From NCBI GenBank assembly GCA_000025185.1, contig CP001848.1, positions 4,530,001-4,562,000 of the forward strand: a DNA stretch of 32,000 bases, in the 5' to 3' direction. This DNA comes from Pirellula staleyi DSM 6068. GTDB lineage: Bacteria; Planctomycetota; Planctomycetia; Pirellulales; Pirellulaceae. Numbering within the stretch: the stretch's first letter is position 1; each line of letters starts with the position of its first letter. Shown piece after piece: positions 9,010-18,851 of the stretch. Position numbers and translations under genes: made by a program. The notes beneath the pieces are model-generated. The model ran no database searches, was not told the origin of the DNA, and saw only the letters and a program-made list of their open reading frames with translations.

Positions 9010-10053
9010 TTAGGGTTGGGGACGCATTTCGCAGCTGAAATCCTTGGGAGCAGGGGTCCCCGTTTTCTCGACGGGATGCGTGAACAAATAACGCCACACC
9101 TCTTCGTGGATGAACTTGCCACTCCCATCTTTACCAGCACTTCCGCCAGGAACCACCATCGTGTGAGCGCGCCCCGGATTGTTCATCACATCGCTCATCG
9201 AGATCAACTGTCGGCTGTTGTTGTAAGGTGCTGCAATCATCTCGACGTTAGTAATCTCGCCGTAGGCAGGCAGGCCGAGCATCTTCCACGAACGACAATA
9301 ATGATCGGAGGTCCAGCCACCATCGAGCACATGGGTGAAGCCGAAATAACGATGAGCAGGAGTCGCCGAAGGGAGCTCTTGCCAGTTTTCCGTATTGTCG
9401 CGCGGACCTGAAAACATCACCACGCGCTCGACTTTCTGATGCTTGGCAAACCGCGCCGCTGTGGTGCTTCCATGCGAGATCCCCGCCAGAATCACACGAT
9501 CCCACAGCAAATCGCTCCCATCTTTGGTGAGAAATTGTTCCCACTTCCCCTCCGGATGATGTTTCGACAACCACTGCACGAAGCGAATTGATCGCCCGGC
9601 GATGCTATCGGGTTTTTCAATCGAGACATGGGGACTATGATCTTCGCCGGTCGCAGCCTCTAAACGAATCTCGCCGATGCTGTGCCCATCGTCATGCTGC
9701 GCCTTAGTGAGCTGCGAAAACCACCGATTCGCATAGTGCACCTGAATGCCATGCAGCCCGTAGCTCGAGACACGCTCGAACAATCCTTGATTGTGATCCA
9801 TCAGCCAGATAACCAGCTTTCCCTCGCTCTTCACGCGCGTATCAACCACCGCATGCTGCAGATCCAACACCTTTCCCTTCGGGTCGGCAAAGACAAAACC
9901 GATCTTCGGATACTCTTTTGCGGCTGGATCAATCTCACTTGCTCGTTTCGTGAGATCAAAACGCTGCCCCTCAGCCTGCTGAGCCACGAGTAGTCCCGGC
10001 ATCACAAGAACCAGGAGAGATACTGAGAACGTGACAATACAGATGCGATTCAT
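9010..10053 (-). CDS. Secreted alpha/beta-hydrolase-fold protein (putative esterase)
   Basis: The track ORF begins at TTG 10080. ATG at 10053 gives the signal peptide MNRICIVTFSVSLLVLVMPGLLVAQQ. Nucleophile elbow G-I-S-H-G (RVILAGISHGSTTAARFA). It ends 60 nt upstream of the next minus-strand gene. Confidence 0.82.
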   Translation of the reverse strand: MNRICIVTFSVSLLVLVMPGLLVAQQAEGQRFDLTKRASEIDPAAKEYPKIGFVFADPKGKVLDLQHAVVDTRVKSEGKLVIWLMDHNQGLFERVSSYGLHGIQVHYANRWFSQLTKAQHDDGHSIGEIRLEAATGEDHSPHVSIEKPDSIAGRSIRFVQWLSKHHPEGKWEQFLTKDGSDLLWDRVILAGISHGSTTAARFAKHQKVERVVMFSGPRDNTENWQELPSATPAHRYFGFTHVLDGGWTSDHYCRSWKMLGLPAYGEITNVEMIAAPYNNSRQLISMSDVMNNPGRAHTMVVPGGSAGKDGSGKFIHEEVWRYLFTHPVEKTGTPAPKDFSCEMRPQP

Positions 10054-10384
10054 GGAGTGACTCAGGGAGTTATTGTGCAAGGAAAGATTCTCGAAGGGCA
10101 GTAGCGATGAATAGTAGCGCTCGCCTCATGAACCAATGGCCCAACGTGTCGCATTTTACTCTGGCACAGCAGGCTTTGCCTGCCGGTTACCCCGAGAGTT
10201 TGTTGAGCCACCGATTCACCCCGTAGCGCAAGAACAATCGAGTGAATGATCTCCTTCGCCCCCTGAAAATGTAAGGGAATGAAGCTACGATAATGACTTG
10301 CTGTAAATTACCAACAGCAGCACCGAACACCTCGCGTGCTACTTAGACGAGACGAAGTAAATCGCGGAGCGAAGAGCATTCGGA

Positions 10385-11143
10385 ATGAATGAAACTACAG
10401 GTCCGATATCGGGCAAACCTCACCGATTCCTACAAACGATCAGCCTCGTTGTCGGCGGCGTCCTGCTGCTGTACCTCGGCATCTCGTACTTGCTCGCTCC
10501 CCTCTGGTGGGAGCGTTATGCCAACCATCATCCTGCCTGGGAAGATGTGCCACGTGTGACACATACTGGTGATAAGCATCCAGGCGATCCGATCAACGTT
10601 GCGATTGTCGGTTCCGAACTCGACCTGAAGCGAGTGCTGCTCGCTGCGGGCTGGTTCCCAGCCGACCCTGTGACGCTGAAGAGTTCGCTGGAGATCGCTG
10701 AAGCGACAGTGCTCGATCGCAAGTACAACGATGCACCTGTCAGCAGTCTGTTTATGTTTGGACGTAAGCAAGACTTCGCGTTTGAAAAACCGGTAGGAGA
10801 CAATCCTCGCAAACGTCATCACGTTCGCTTTTGGAAAAATGACGCTCTAAGTCCCGATGGACGAATCGTGTGGGTCGGTTCCGTCACCTACGACGAACGT
10901 GTCGGACTGAGCTACACCACAGGTCAAGTCACACACCATATCGATGCGAATGTCGATGCCGAGCGTAATCAGCTGATCGATGACCTGAAGCAAACGGGTG
11001 ATATCGCCGACGTGATTATCGTCCCAGGTTTCCACACCGAACTCGAGGGTCGCAATGGAGGTGGAGATCGATGGTACACCGACGGGAACTTATCGGTCGC
11101 ACTCACCAAGACGGTTGCGGCGAGTAAGAAGCCCCCGAAGTAG
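10385..11143 (+). CDS. LssY C-terminal domain-like membrane-anchored protein
   Basis: 252-aa ORF. N-terminal TM helix FLQTISLVVGGVLLLYLGISYLLAPLWW. The blocks DPINVAIVGS, LLAAGWFPADP, RKRHHVRFW and VWVGSVTYDERVGLSYTTGQVTHHIDANVDAERN match my memory of the LssY_C family. Confidence 0.78.
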   Translation: MNETTGPISGKPHRFLQTISLVVGGVLLLYLGISYLLAPLWWERYANHHPAWEDVPRVTHTGDKHPGDPINVAIVGSELDLKRVLLAAGWFPADPVTLKSSLEIAEATVLDRKYNDAPVSSLFMFGRKQDFAFEKPVGDNPRKRHHVRFWKNDALSPDGRIVWVGSVTYDERVGLSYTTGQVTHHIDANVDAERNQLIDDLKQTGDIADVIIVPGFHTELEGRNGGGDRWYTDGNLSVALTKTVAASKKPPK

Positions 11144-11297
11144 CCACGAGAACGTGTGGCAGATGCTTGCGGTTGGTTTAACGAGAGTATGCTCTCGCAG
11201 TTAGTTCTCCATGGTAGCATCGGTCGATCTCGAGACTCGAATCTTGCAGCCGCAGCATTTTGAGCAAACAACGAACGTCTCACGAAAGAAAAATCGC

Positions 11298-12830
11298 ATG
11301 CCTCTCTCGAAGGTTTTCAGCAGCATGGTGGCGAGCGTGCTGGCGTTATCGATGCTCAGCGCGACGCAACTCGCAGCGGCAGCGGAACTCCGTCTTGCGG
11401 GGGTCTTCGGTGATCACATGGTGTTGCAGCGCGAGAAGCCGATCACCATTTGGGGATGGGGAGAGGTGGGAACGGAGGTGAGGGTGACATTCGCCGATCA
11501 AACGAGCCGAGCGAAGGTCGATGCAGGAGGACGCTGGCAGGTAGTGCTGAATCCCATGGCAAGTAGTCATGAAGCACGCGAGCTTGTCTGCTCGAGTAGC
11601 GACAAGCAAATCACCGTGCGTGATGTGGTGGTCGGTGAAGTGTGGCTCGCGAGTGGTCAATCGAACATGGCGATGACGCTGAAATCGGTCGCCGATCGTC
11701 TCACACAAGCCCAAGACGATATTCGCGCCGCTGATCATTCGAGCCTTCGTTTCAGACGGATCGATGAACCAGCCTCGCGAGAAACGGTCGCCGACATTCC
11801 ACCAAAGTCTTGGACGGTTTGTTCACCAACCCACGCTGGTAGCTTTTCAGCCGCCGCGTTCTATTTCGCGAGCAAGCTGCAAAGGGAACTCGATGTGCCG
11901 GTGGGCATCATCGACTCATCGCGCGGGGGGACTCCAATCGAGCCATTCATTCCACGCGAAGCTTTTCAAGGTCATCCCACCTTGGAGCAAGAGCTCGCAC
12001 TTGGTGATCGAGAGGACTTGCTCGGGATTTGGAAACTCGCGGGAGGTGTACGAGCGCGCGATGCAAATTGGTTACCAGGGCGGCTATTTCATTCGCGACT
12101 CGCGCCGATGAAGCAATTCGCTGTGCGCGGCGCGATTTGGTATCAGGGCGAATCGAACTGTGGCATCGAAGAAGATCCACGCGACTATCAGCATAAAATG
12201 CGGGGACTCATCCAAGGTTGGCGCGACGCGTTTGGCAATCGGTCGATGCCTGTTTACTTTGTGCAACTTCCAGGGAGCGGAGCGAGTCCCAATTGGCCCT
12301 ACCTACGCGAACAGCAGCGATTGAGTTGTAACTTGCCGCACACTGGCATGGTCGTGACGATCGATTTGCTCGATGGAGATATCCATCCACCAAACAAGAT
12401 CGACGTAGGTGACCGACTCGCGCGATGGGCTCTCGCGGGTCCTTACGAAAAAAAGTTGACGCCGAGTGGCCCCTTGTTTGATCGCGTGGAAATCGACGAT
12501 TCGCAGGTGATTGTTCATTTCCAGTATGCCGAGAGCGGACTCATGTTCGCGGAAAAGCAGGGGCTTGATGCGCCGGTGGAAAAGCGAGATGGCAAGCTCT
12601 CGCACTTCGAGCTGGCCGATGCCGAGGGCGTTTGGCACCCAGCTGATGCCACCATCGTAAAACGCAGCGTAGCGGTGCAAAGCAAAGCAGTACACAGGCC
12701 CGTCGCGCTTCGTTATGGATATGAACTCAGCCCACAACATTGCCATCTCTACAATCGCGATGGCTTGCCCGCCGCACCTTTTTGCAGTAACCCAAAACTA
12801 CTTACCGAGCCAGTGATTCGTACTGAGTAA
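11298..12830 (+). CDS. Sialate O-acetylesterase-like (SASA/DUF303, SGNH-type) carbohydrate esterase, secreted
   Basis: The track ORF starts at 11211. ATG at 11298 gives the signal peptide MPLSKVFSSMVASVLALSMLSATQLAAAAE. Hallmarks: LAGVFGDHMVLQREKPITIWGW, GRWQV, VVVGEVWLASGQSNMAM, GAIWYQGESN. Confidence 0.9.
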   Translation: MPLSKVFSSMVASVLALSMLSATQLAAAAELRLAGVFGDHMVLQREKPITIWGWGEVGTEVRVTFADQTSRAKVDAGGRWQVVLNPMASSHEARELVCSSSDKQITVRDVVVGEVWLASGQSNMAMTLKSVADRLTQAQDDIRAADHSSLRFRRIDEPASRETVADIPPKSWTVCSPTHAGSFSAAAFYFASKLQRELDVPVGIIDSSRGGTPIEPFIPREAFQGHPTLEQELALGDREDLLGIWKLAGGVRARDANWLPGRLFHSRLAPMKQFAVRGAIWYQGESNCGIEEDPRDYQHKMRGLIQGWRDAFGNRSMPVYFVQLPGSGASPNWPYLREQQRLSCNLPHTGMVVTIDLLDGDIHPPNKIDVGDRLARWALAGPYEKKLTPSGPLFDRVEIDDSQVIVHFQYAESGLMFAEKQGLDAPVEKRDGKLSHFELADAEGVWHPADATIVKRSVAVQSKAVHRPVALRYGYELSPQHCHLYNRDGLPAAPFCSNPKLLTEPVIRTE

Positions 12831-12876
12831 GACTCAGCTTCGCTGTTCAGAGTCCCGCGAGCAATGCAGCGCTGTA

Positions 12877-14103
12877 CTACTGATATCGGTACGCCCAAAC
12901 TGAAGTGTCGCGCGTGATCACGAGCACATTCTGTGCGTGATCGAAGTAGATCAGCCGCTTGCTTCCGTCAGGAAGATCGTCCCCTTCGGGAGCGAGTAAT
13001 GTCCATTGGGTTTGATCGGGATTGTAGGCCCAAAGCTTGTTCGTCTTGTACTCGAGCAGCAGACCATGACCACTCTTCGGATCGTAGTACATCGGCGAAT
13101 AGGCATCGTGACCATAGGGGGCAAGCCCCGATTCGGGATCAGCAGAAAGGACCTTTTTCCAGCGGTTTTTGACTACATCATAGTGATGCGTGCTGTAGTG
13201 ACGCTGCACAATCAACTGCTTACGCTGTGGGTCGTAGTAGCCCACTTGCTCGGGCTCAGCAGCGTGCTCTTCAAACTCTTGCTCCTGATCAGCCGGGGTG
13301 AGGTTCTTCCACTTTGCAGTCTCCGCATCGAGTAGCCAGCTGCCACGCATCTGCCAATTGTTAGCATGCCAGATGGTTCCGTTGAGCTCTGAAACATATT
13401 CGAGCATGCCGCCAAAGATCGGACGTGGAAACGGCTTGGCAGTCTTCACCATTTTCCAAGTGCGTCGTTCAGGCGAAAAACTCCAAAGGGGTGGCCCCTC
13501 GAAGAGCTCATCGGGTTTGCCGCCGATCGCTAAAGCAGCTTTCTTTTCGTCGGTCACCCATGTGTTCATGAAGAGGAGTTCCCGCTGCTTCGTGTCGTAG
13601 GTAAGTCCCCACCAAGTGTGACCAATGATTCCTGGACCGCCACGCTTGGTCACAAAAATTCCATCGCGGAACTCGACATCGCTCGGATCTTTGCCGAGCC
13701 CTGTGTAGTCGCGAGGATTGTCGGGAGCGTAGAGCATGTGCCAGGTCATGGTAGCGAGATCGAACTCCCACACATCGTTCAGTCTGTGAGGGACGGCATG
13801 ATTGGCTCCGCAGAAGAGTGCCCGTTTTCGATCGGGAGCCCACACCATTTTGATGGTAAAGTCTCGACCACGAGGACCTGTGCGATCGAGTTCGAACTCG
13901 CGCGCGATGTCGTTGAACTCGCCAACCACCTTCGCGTCACCCAGGTGAAGCAGTTGGTTGGGGCGCAAGTCGCGCAACTTTTGCGCAACTATCGCGCGCG
14001 CTTTGTCCGGTGGAGAGAGGGGCTCTTCGGCCAGCAGCGGCACGCAGCAAATCCACCCCAGAACAACCCCCAAAGTAAACCTGATCACGGCTGTGGCCTC
14101 CAT
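12877..14103 (-). CDS. Secreted Kelch-like beta-propeller protein
   Basis: The track ORF begins at TTG 14115. ATG at 14103 gives MEATAVIRFTLGVVLGWICCVPLLAEEP. There are six to seven repeats with the Kelch-like pattern (x-W-x-F/Y-D...W..L): DVWEFDLATMTWHML, PLWSFSPERRTWKMV, SWLLDAETAKWKNL, HHYDVVKNRWKKV, KLWAYNPDQTQWTLL, SVWAYRY. Confidence 0.8.
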   Translation of the reverse strand: MEATAVIRFTLGVVLGWICCVPLLAEEPLSPPDKARAIVAQKLRDLRPNQLLHLGDAKVVGEFNDIAREFELDRTGPRGRDFTIKMVWAPDRKRALFCGANHAVPHRLNDVWEFDLATMTWHMLYAPDNPRDYTGLGKDPSDVEFRDGIFVTKRGGPGIIGHTWWGLTYDTKQRELLFMNTWVTDEKKAALAIGGKPDELFEGPPLWSFSPERRTWKMVKTAKPFPRPIFGGMLEYVSELNGTIWHANNWQMRGSWLLDAETAKWKNLTPADQEQEFEEHAAEPEQVGYYDPQRKQLIVQRHYSTHHYDVVKNRWKKVLSADPESGLAPYGHDAYSPMYYDPKSGHGLLLEYKTNKLWAYNPDQTQWTLLAPEGDDLPDGSKRLIYFDHAQNVLVITRDTSVWAYRYQ

Positions 14104-14212
14104 CGATAGATACAAGAAATCGATGACACAAGTTTACCGAGGTGTACACCAGTCACCTCCACAGAAAAATCAGCCCGCCACGATTTGCCTGTGAAAACAC
14201 CTCTTTTTCTGA

Positions 14213-14246
14213 GGTAAAACGCCAAACGTGTGACACCTGTGGTCAC
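14213..14246 (-). terminator. Weak candidate terminator after the DUF1501 gene
   Basis: Minus-strand GUGAC-cacaggu-GUCAC (5-bp stem) lies about 25 nt after the stop and is followed by ACGUUUGGCGUUUUACC. The stem is short, so support is low. Confidence 0.25.
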
Positions 14247-14271
14247 GCGTTTCATGTTCAATCAGCACCGC

Positions 14272-15729
14272 CTACGCCAACACCTTGTCGATCACGCGGC
14301 CATGCACGTCGGTGATTTTGCGATCGAAACCGTTGTGATACCACGACAGTTTGTCGAAGTCGTAGCCGAGAATTTTCAGGACCGTCGCATAGAACTCCCA
14401 CACGTTGGTCTTGTCGGTGACACTCCGTCGACCAAAGTCATCGGTAGCACCATAGCTGACACCCGGTTTCACCCCCGCTCCCATCATCCAAACCGTGAAC
14501 GCATCGGGGTTGTGATCGCGCCCTGTCGTGTTGGCTTGATGTGTTGGCATACGACCAAACTCGGTGGTCCAAAGGACAAGCGTATCTTCGAGAAGCCCAC
14601 TCCGCTTCAAATCGGAGAGGAGCGCAGCGGTAGGTTGATCGAAAATCGGGCAATGCCGTTCGTAGTCCGATTTGAGCGTGCGATGCGCATCCCAGTTAAG
14701 CAGTCCATCGACGCCGCTGGCGCGCGACGAGCAATAGAGATTTACATACCGCACACCACGTTCGAGCAAACGTCGCGACAACAGACAATTCTTGGCATAT
14801 GCCGCTAACAACTTGTTCTCATGATCGGTTCCGTAGAGCTTATGCGTCTCGGCTGTTTCAGAACTGAGGTCCGACACTTCAGGCGCCGAGACTTGCATCC
14901 GCGCGGCGAGTTCATACGCCGCAGCCCGCGCGGCGAGCGTACTATCGCCCGGATTTTGTGCTAAATGCTGTTCATTGAGCAGACGTAGAAACTCGCGCGA
15001 GGCAGCCTCTTCTCCATCGTTGATCTCGGCCGGACGCCGCAAGTTTCGAATTTCTAGATGCGCAGCCAGCACAATCGCTTGATGTTTGGCTGGCAGAAAT
15101 CCGTTGCTCCAGTTTGCTTTGCCGTTTGGTGGCTCGCCTCGCACATCGGGCAGCGCCACGTAGGTTGGAAGATTGTCGTTCGCACTTCCGAGCGCATACC
15201 CAAGCCACGCACCAGCGCTTGGAAACCCTTCCTGGGCATGACCGGTATTCATCAGCACGCAACCAGGTCCATGGGTATTTGTCTTCGAAGTCATCGAATG
15301 AATGAAGGCGATGTCGTCGACATGCTTGGCCATGTGGGGAAGCATCGACGTGATCCGCTTTCCCGACTCGCCACAAGGGACGAAGTCCCACGGCGACTTC
15401 ATCAGATTGCCGTTTTTCCCCTGAAAGGAAAGCATATTTTCTTCCCCAGGAAGTGGCTCTCCGCTCCGTTTCACTAGTTCGGGCTTGTCGTCCCACAGAT
15501 CAATGTGCGAAGCAGCACCAGGACAGAATATCTGCAGCACACGCTTTGCCTTGGGAGGAAAATGAGTCTTACCTCCACCCGGACTCCAGGTCGATACGTC
15601 CGTTCCCAGTTCGCTCGCGCGCAGATCGCGTCCGAGTAGATCGAGCAGCCCAATTCCAGCCATGCCGGTAATCGTGCTCCCAAGAAATCCGCGACGCGAG
15701 AGTTGGCTGAGGTAACTAGATGAGTTCAT
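14272..15729 (-). CDS. DUF1501 family protein, Tat-exported (divergent subtype)
   Basis: 485-aa ORF. Leader MNSSSYLSQLSRRGFLGS. Motifs IFCPGAASHIDLWDDKPE, WTTEFGRMP, GRDHNPDAF. It starts 59 nt downstream of the large PSCyt gene. Confidence 0.93.
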   Translation of the reverse strand: MNSSSYLSQLSRRGFLGSTITGMAGIGLLDLLGRDLRASELGTDVSTWSPGGGKTHFPPKAKRVLQIFCPGAASHIDLWDDKPELVKRSGEPLPGEENMLSFQGKNGNLMKSPWDFVPCGESGKRITSMLPHMAKHVDDIAFIHSMTSKTNTHGPGCVLMNTGHAQEGFPSAGAWLGYALGSANDNLPTYVALPDVRGEPPNGKANWSNGFLPAKHQAIVLAAHLEIRNLRRPAEINDGEEAASREFLRLLNEQHLAQNPGDSTLAARAAAYELAARMQVSAPEVSDLSSETAETHKLYGTDHENKLLAAYAKNCLLSRRLLERGVRYVNLYCSSRASGVDGLLNWDAHRTLKSDYERHCPIFDQPTAALLSDLKRSGLLEDTLVLWTTEFGRMPTHQANTTGRDHNPDAFTVWMMGAGVKPGVSYGATDDFGRRSVTDKTNVWEFYATVLKILGYDFDKLSWYHNGFDRKITDVHGRVIDKVLA

Positions 15730-15788
15730 GGGAGTTCACACAGAGGCGGACAGGAGAGTGATGAAGCTGCAAATAGTTAGGAGCTGGA

Positions 15789-18719
15789 TCAATTAACGAA
15801 AATGAACTCGTTGGAATTCAAAAGCGCTCTGCAGAACGAACGGAGACCATGCGTTTCAATCAGCTTTCGACTTGCTGATCGTTCGGCATCGGTCGGAGTT
15901 CGTGCGTAGGCCAGTTCAAACGCAAGTGCGACTCGCGCATCAATATCTGTTGCCTCGCGCTCGAGTCGTTCGGTCAGAAAACGAGTCATATCGAGCGAAA
16001 AACGATGATTCATCAGCGTGAGTGCCTGCAGTGGCGTGGTGGTCGACGCGCGACGAGGTTCCGCAAACGCTGGATCGGGACAATCGAAATCTGTCAGCAC
16101 ATCGACACGCGCCGCGCGAGCGTTGTGGTGATAGATGGCACGCCGATAAGTTGCTTCGCCATGCACATCGAGGGGGACATAAGTCGCCACGTTATCCTGC
16201 TGATACTCGTAGAGCCTAAATCCAGGACCACCCGCCGCGCGATCGAGCTTTCCGGCGATCGACAGCATCGAATCGCGAATCTCTTCAGCTTCGAGACGTC
16301 GCGGGGGAAAACGCCATAGCAATCGACTGGCGGCATCTTCGCGCGCTGCATCTTCGCGATACGCGCCGCTTTGTCGATACGCTTGCGAAGTCATGATCAG
16401 TCGGTGGAGCGACTTTAGTTTCCAGCCTCCAGAAAGGAGTTGCTGCGCAAGCCAATCCAGCAGCTCTGGATGGGTGGGACGGCTTCCCATGTAGCCAAAA
16501 TCGCTGGGAGTATCGACAATTCCAGTCCCAAAATGATGCTGCCAAACGCGATTCGCAAGCACTCGCGGCGTGAGAGGATGATCGGCTGCGGTGATCCATT
16601 TGGCGAGCGCCACGCGCCGCGAACCTTCATCGGTTGCATCGTCGAGTTCGTAAGCCGAAGAAAAGCTCTGCAGCACATGGAGACTGCTCGGTTTGACAGC
16701 CTCTCCTTTACGCTCGGGGCTCCCGCCGACAAACACCTGCTGCGATCCACTGATTCCTCGATGTGTGCCGACCCACCACACTGGCAGAGGTGGAATGCGA
16801 GCAATCGCAGCATCGAGCTCACCAAGTTGCTTTTGCAGTTCCGCGAGTTTGGCTTGATCAGCGGGCGAGGGGATAAGCTTCTTCAGCCGCGTTTCTTTGC
16901 GAACCTGGGTCGGTGGAATTCGTGTTTCCGAAGATGCCACCACTTGCCATTTCTCACCATCGAGCGAGGTTTCGACAAGGTAGTCACCTACGAAAATCGT
17001 GATGGGATTATCTTCACCGAGTGCCTTGTTCCGATCGCTCGAAAAATAGATCCGTCCGATTTTCGTTGGCTTTGCGAGGGTAATCACAAGGTTATTGCCG
17101 GCAGCGTTCCAGCGTTCGCCGAATTTGCCGTCGATCGCTAGGGCAGGACTATAAGCCTCGGCAAAATCTTTTACTTCTCGCGTAGCCCCTTGAGCAGTCG
17201 CACCTGCCGAGGCGAGGGCAACATTTTGAGGGGGCTCTTCGCTCGTCCAAACTTCCAATTCGTCGATCCGATACTGCGTTTGTTTGGGATCGGGCGCGTC
17301 GGTCCCTTCCACCGTCAGCCGTACGAATTTTGCCTCGTGTGGTTCAAAAGTCTCTTCGGTGCCGTAGCGACTGAGACGTGGACGCGTCCACGTCTTTTCT
17401 AGTTGATCGCTCCGATCCTTCAGCGAAACCGCAATCGCTTGCTGCAAGGCATCGCGTTCGGCAATCACCTTGGCGCGAGACTCTTGTAGCGGCGCTAGCT
17501 GTTTCTGTCGCTCCTCGCGAGCTGCGGTCGAAGCAACTTCGCGCGGACCATGCACGGTGCCAGCAAACGTGGCATACATGGCGTAGTAATCTTTCGCGAG
17601 AAGTGGATCGAACTTGTGATCGTGGCAGCGGGCACAGCCGAGCGTGAGACCGAGAAACGCTTCACTCGTCGCGCGGATCATTTCGTCCATCTGGTCAGCC
17701 CGAATTTGAGCCGCCGCCATGGGGTCTTGATTACCGACATCGTCGTACGGCCCCGCTACCAGAAACGCCGATCCAATCTCGATATCGGGCTGATCTTTCC
17801 CGATCACATCCCCCGCCAGATGCTCGTGGATCAGCTGGTCGAACGGCTTATCTTCATTAATCGATCAGATCACATAATCGCGAAATGGCCAGAGGTTCGT
17901 GATGATTTCGTTCCGCTCATAGCCGCGACTTTCGCCAAACCGAACGACGTCGAGCCAATGGCGCCCCCAGCGTTCCCCATACGCGCTGCGGGAAAGCAGC
18001 TCGGTGATGAGTTTTTCGACAGCAGCATCGGTGAGTTCAGGACCACATTCCTTGACGAATGCCTCGACCTCGGCAGGAGTGGGAGGCAGCCCCGTCAGGT
18101 CATATGTAGCTCGACGAATGAACGCGCGCGGAGTTGCTGGCGGACTTGGCGCGAGACCACGCTCGCGCAGTTTGGCGAGTACGAATCGATCGATCGGATG
18201 AGCTGTCCAGTGGGGAGGTGCATCGGACACAACCGGAGGATCGGCGACCTTGAGCGGCTGAAGCGACCAGAAACTCCCGTCTGCTTTTGCCTTCTCCTTC
18301 AGCACAAGGTTCTCGGGCCAGATAGCACCGGCACTAATCCACTCGCGCAGCGCGTCGGCTTCGACCTTTGAAAGTACTTCCCCTTTTTCAGGCATTTCCG
18401 GCTTCTCGCCATTCATGCTGATGGCGCGGAAATAGAGGGGGCTCTCGTCGGGCTTTGCCACGACCAAGGCGGCACCACTATCGCCCCCCTTAAGCATCCC
18501 ATCGCGCGAGGTGAGATCGAGTCCCCCCTTGGCATTCCCTGCATGATGACAAGCCACACATTTGGCCGATAGCACTGGCTCGATCTGTTTAGCAAAATCG
18601 ATGGCCGGTTTTGGACTCGGCTCTTCGGCTGTAGCCAAGCTGATGAAGCATAGCGATAAGCAAAGTGCCGCGATCGCAGACTGAAAGCCAGATCGCAGGA
18701 GTCGCAGAGGCAACGTCAT
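15789..18719 (-). pseudogene. PSCyt1 (CxxCH) - DUF1549 - discoidin-like insert - DUF1553 protein, interrupted by one in-frame TGA. It may be a pseudogene, an assembly error or a read-through gene.
   Basis: Track ORFs 17865..18848 and 15789..17807 are in the same frame. The likely true start is ATG 18719 (MTLPLRLLRSGFQSAIAALCLSLCFISLATAEEP). The N-terminal fragment carries CVACHH plus DUF1549 motifs (IRRATYDLTGLPPTPAEVEAF, GERWGRHWLDVVRF). The C-terminal fragment carries LGLTLGCARCHDHKFDP and a DUF1553 C-terminus ending NSNEFIFVN. The junction aligns residue by residue with intact paralogs in this window. Confidence 0.75.
17865..17867 (-). other. In-frame TGA stop codon inside the conserved DUF1549 region
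   Basis: The minus strand reads ...cgc gat tat gtg atc TGA tcg att aat gaa gat aag ccg ttc..., i.e. RDYVI*SINEDKPF. The paralogs read [14 protein letters not shown] and [14 protein letters not shown]. Confidence 0.9.
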
Positions 18720-18851
18720 CACGGGGCAATCCCTTAGCCAATATCGCAGGAGAGGTGGGCATTTGCGGTGGGGCAAAACTGGTACGTATTGTGGTTCTAA
18801 TCGTGACTCGAAAACAAGCTCGAAATCCAAAACTTTCCACAGATTCAATTG

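Noticed and set aside
10081-10384. A 300-bp gap examined for tRNA, ncRNA or riboswitch
   Set aside because: It is a divergent promoter region between 10053(-) and 10385(+). There is no tRNA T-loop/GTTCGA-type motif and no cloverleaf. It contains only short hairpins (GCAGGC-ttt-GCCTGC, TGCTG...CAGCA) with no flanking features I can tie to a known RNA family.
11182-11197. Hairpin CGAGAG-tatg-CTCTCG after the LssY-like gene, considered as an intrinsic terminator
   Set aside because: It is a 6-bp stem followed by CAGUUAGUUCUCC rather than a U-tract. It is too weak to call as a feature.
15730-15788. Identical 59-nt spacers between the large gene and DUF1501 in two modules (15730..15788 and 28065..28123), considered as a conserved regulatory element
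   Set aside because: The two spacers show no sequence similarity when compared in the same orientation. The equal length is most likely coincidence.
17865-17867. The in-frame TGA as a selenocysteine codon
   Set aside because: The aligned residue in paralogs is Ala, Glu or Gln, not Cys. I could find no stable hairpin with a SECIS-like apical loop in the 60 nt downstream; only the imperfect palindrome GACCAGCTGATC is present, and it leaves no loop. A nonsense mutation or a sequencing error is more parsimonious.
18720-18848. N-terminal extensions in the track created by TTG/GTG starts: 18848, 18849, 14115, 10080, 8949, 6082, 23499 and the ATG at 11211
   Set aside because: In each case an internal ATG immediately precedes a canonical Sec or Tat signal peptide. 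The extension is non-hydrophobic and often overlaps the upstream gene or regulatory DNA, so shorter gene models were preferred.
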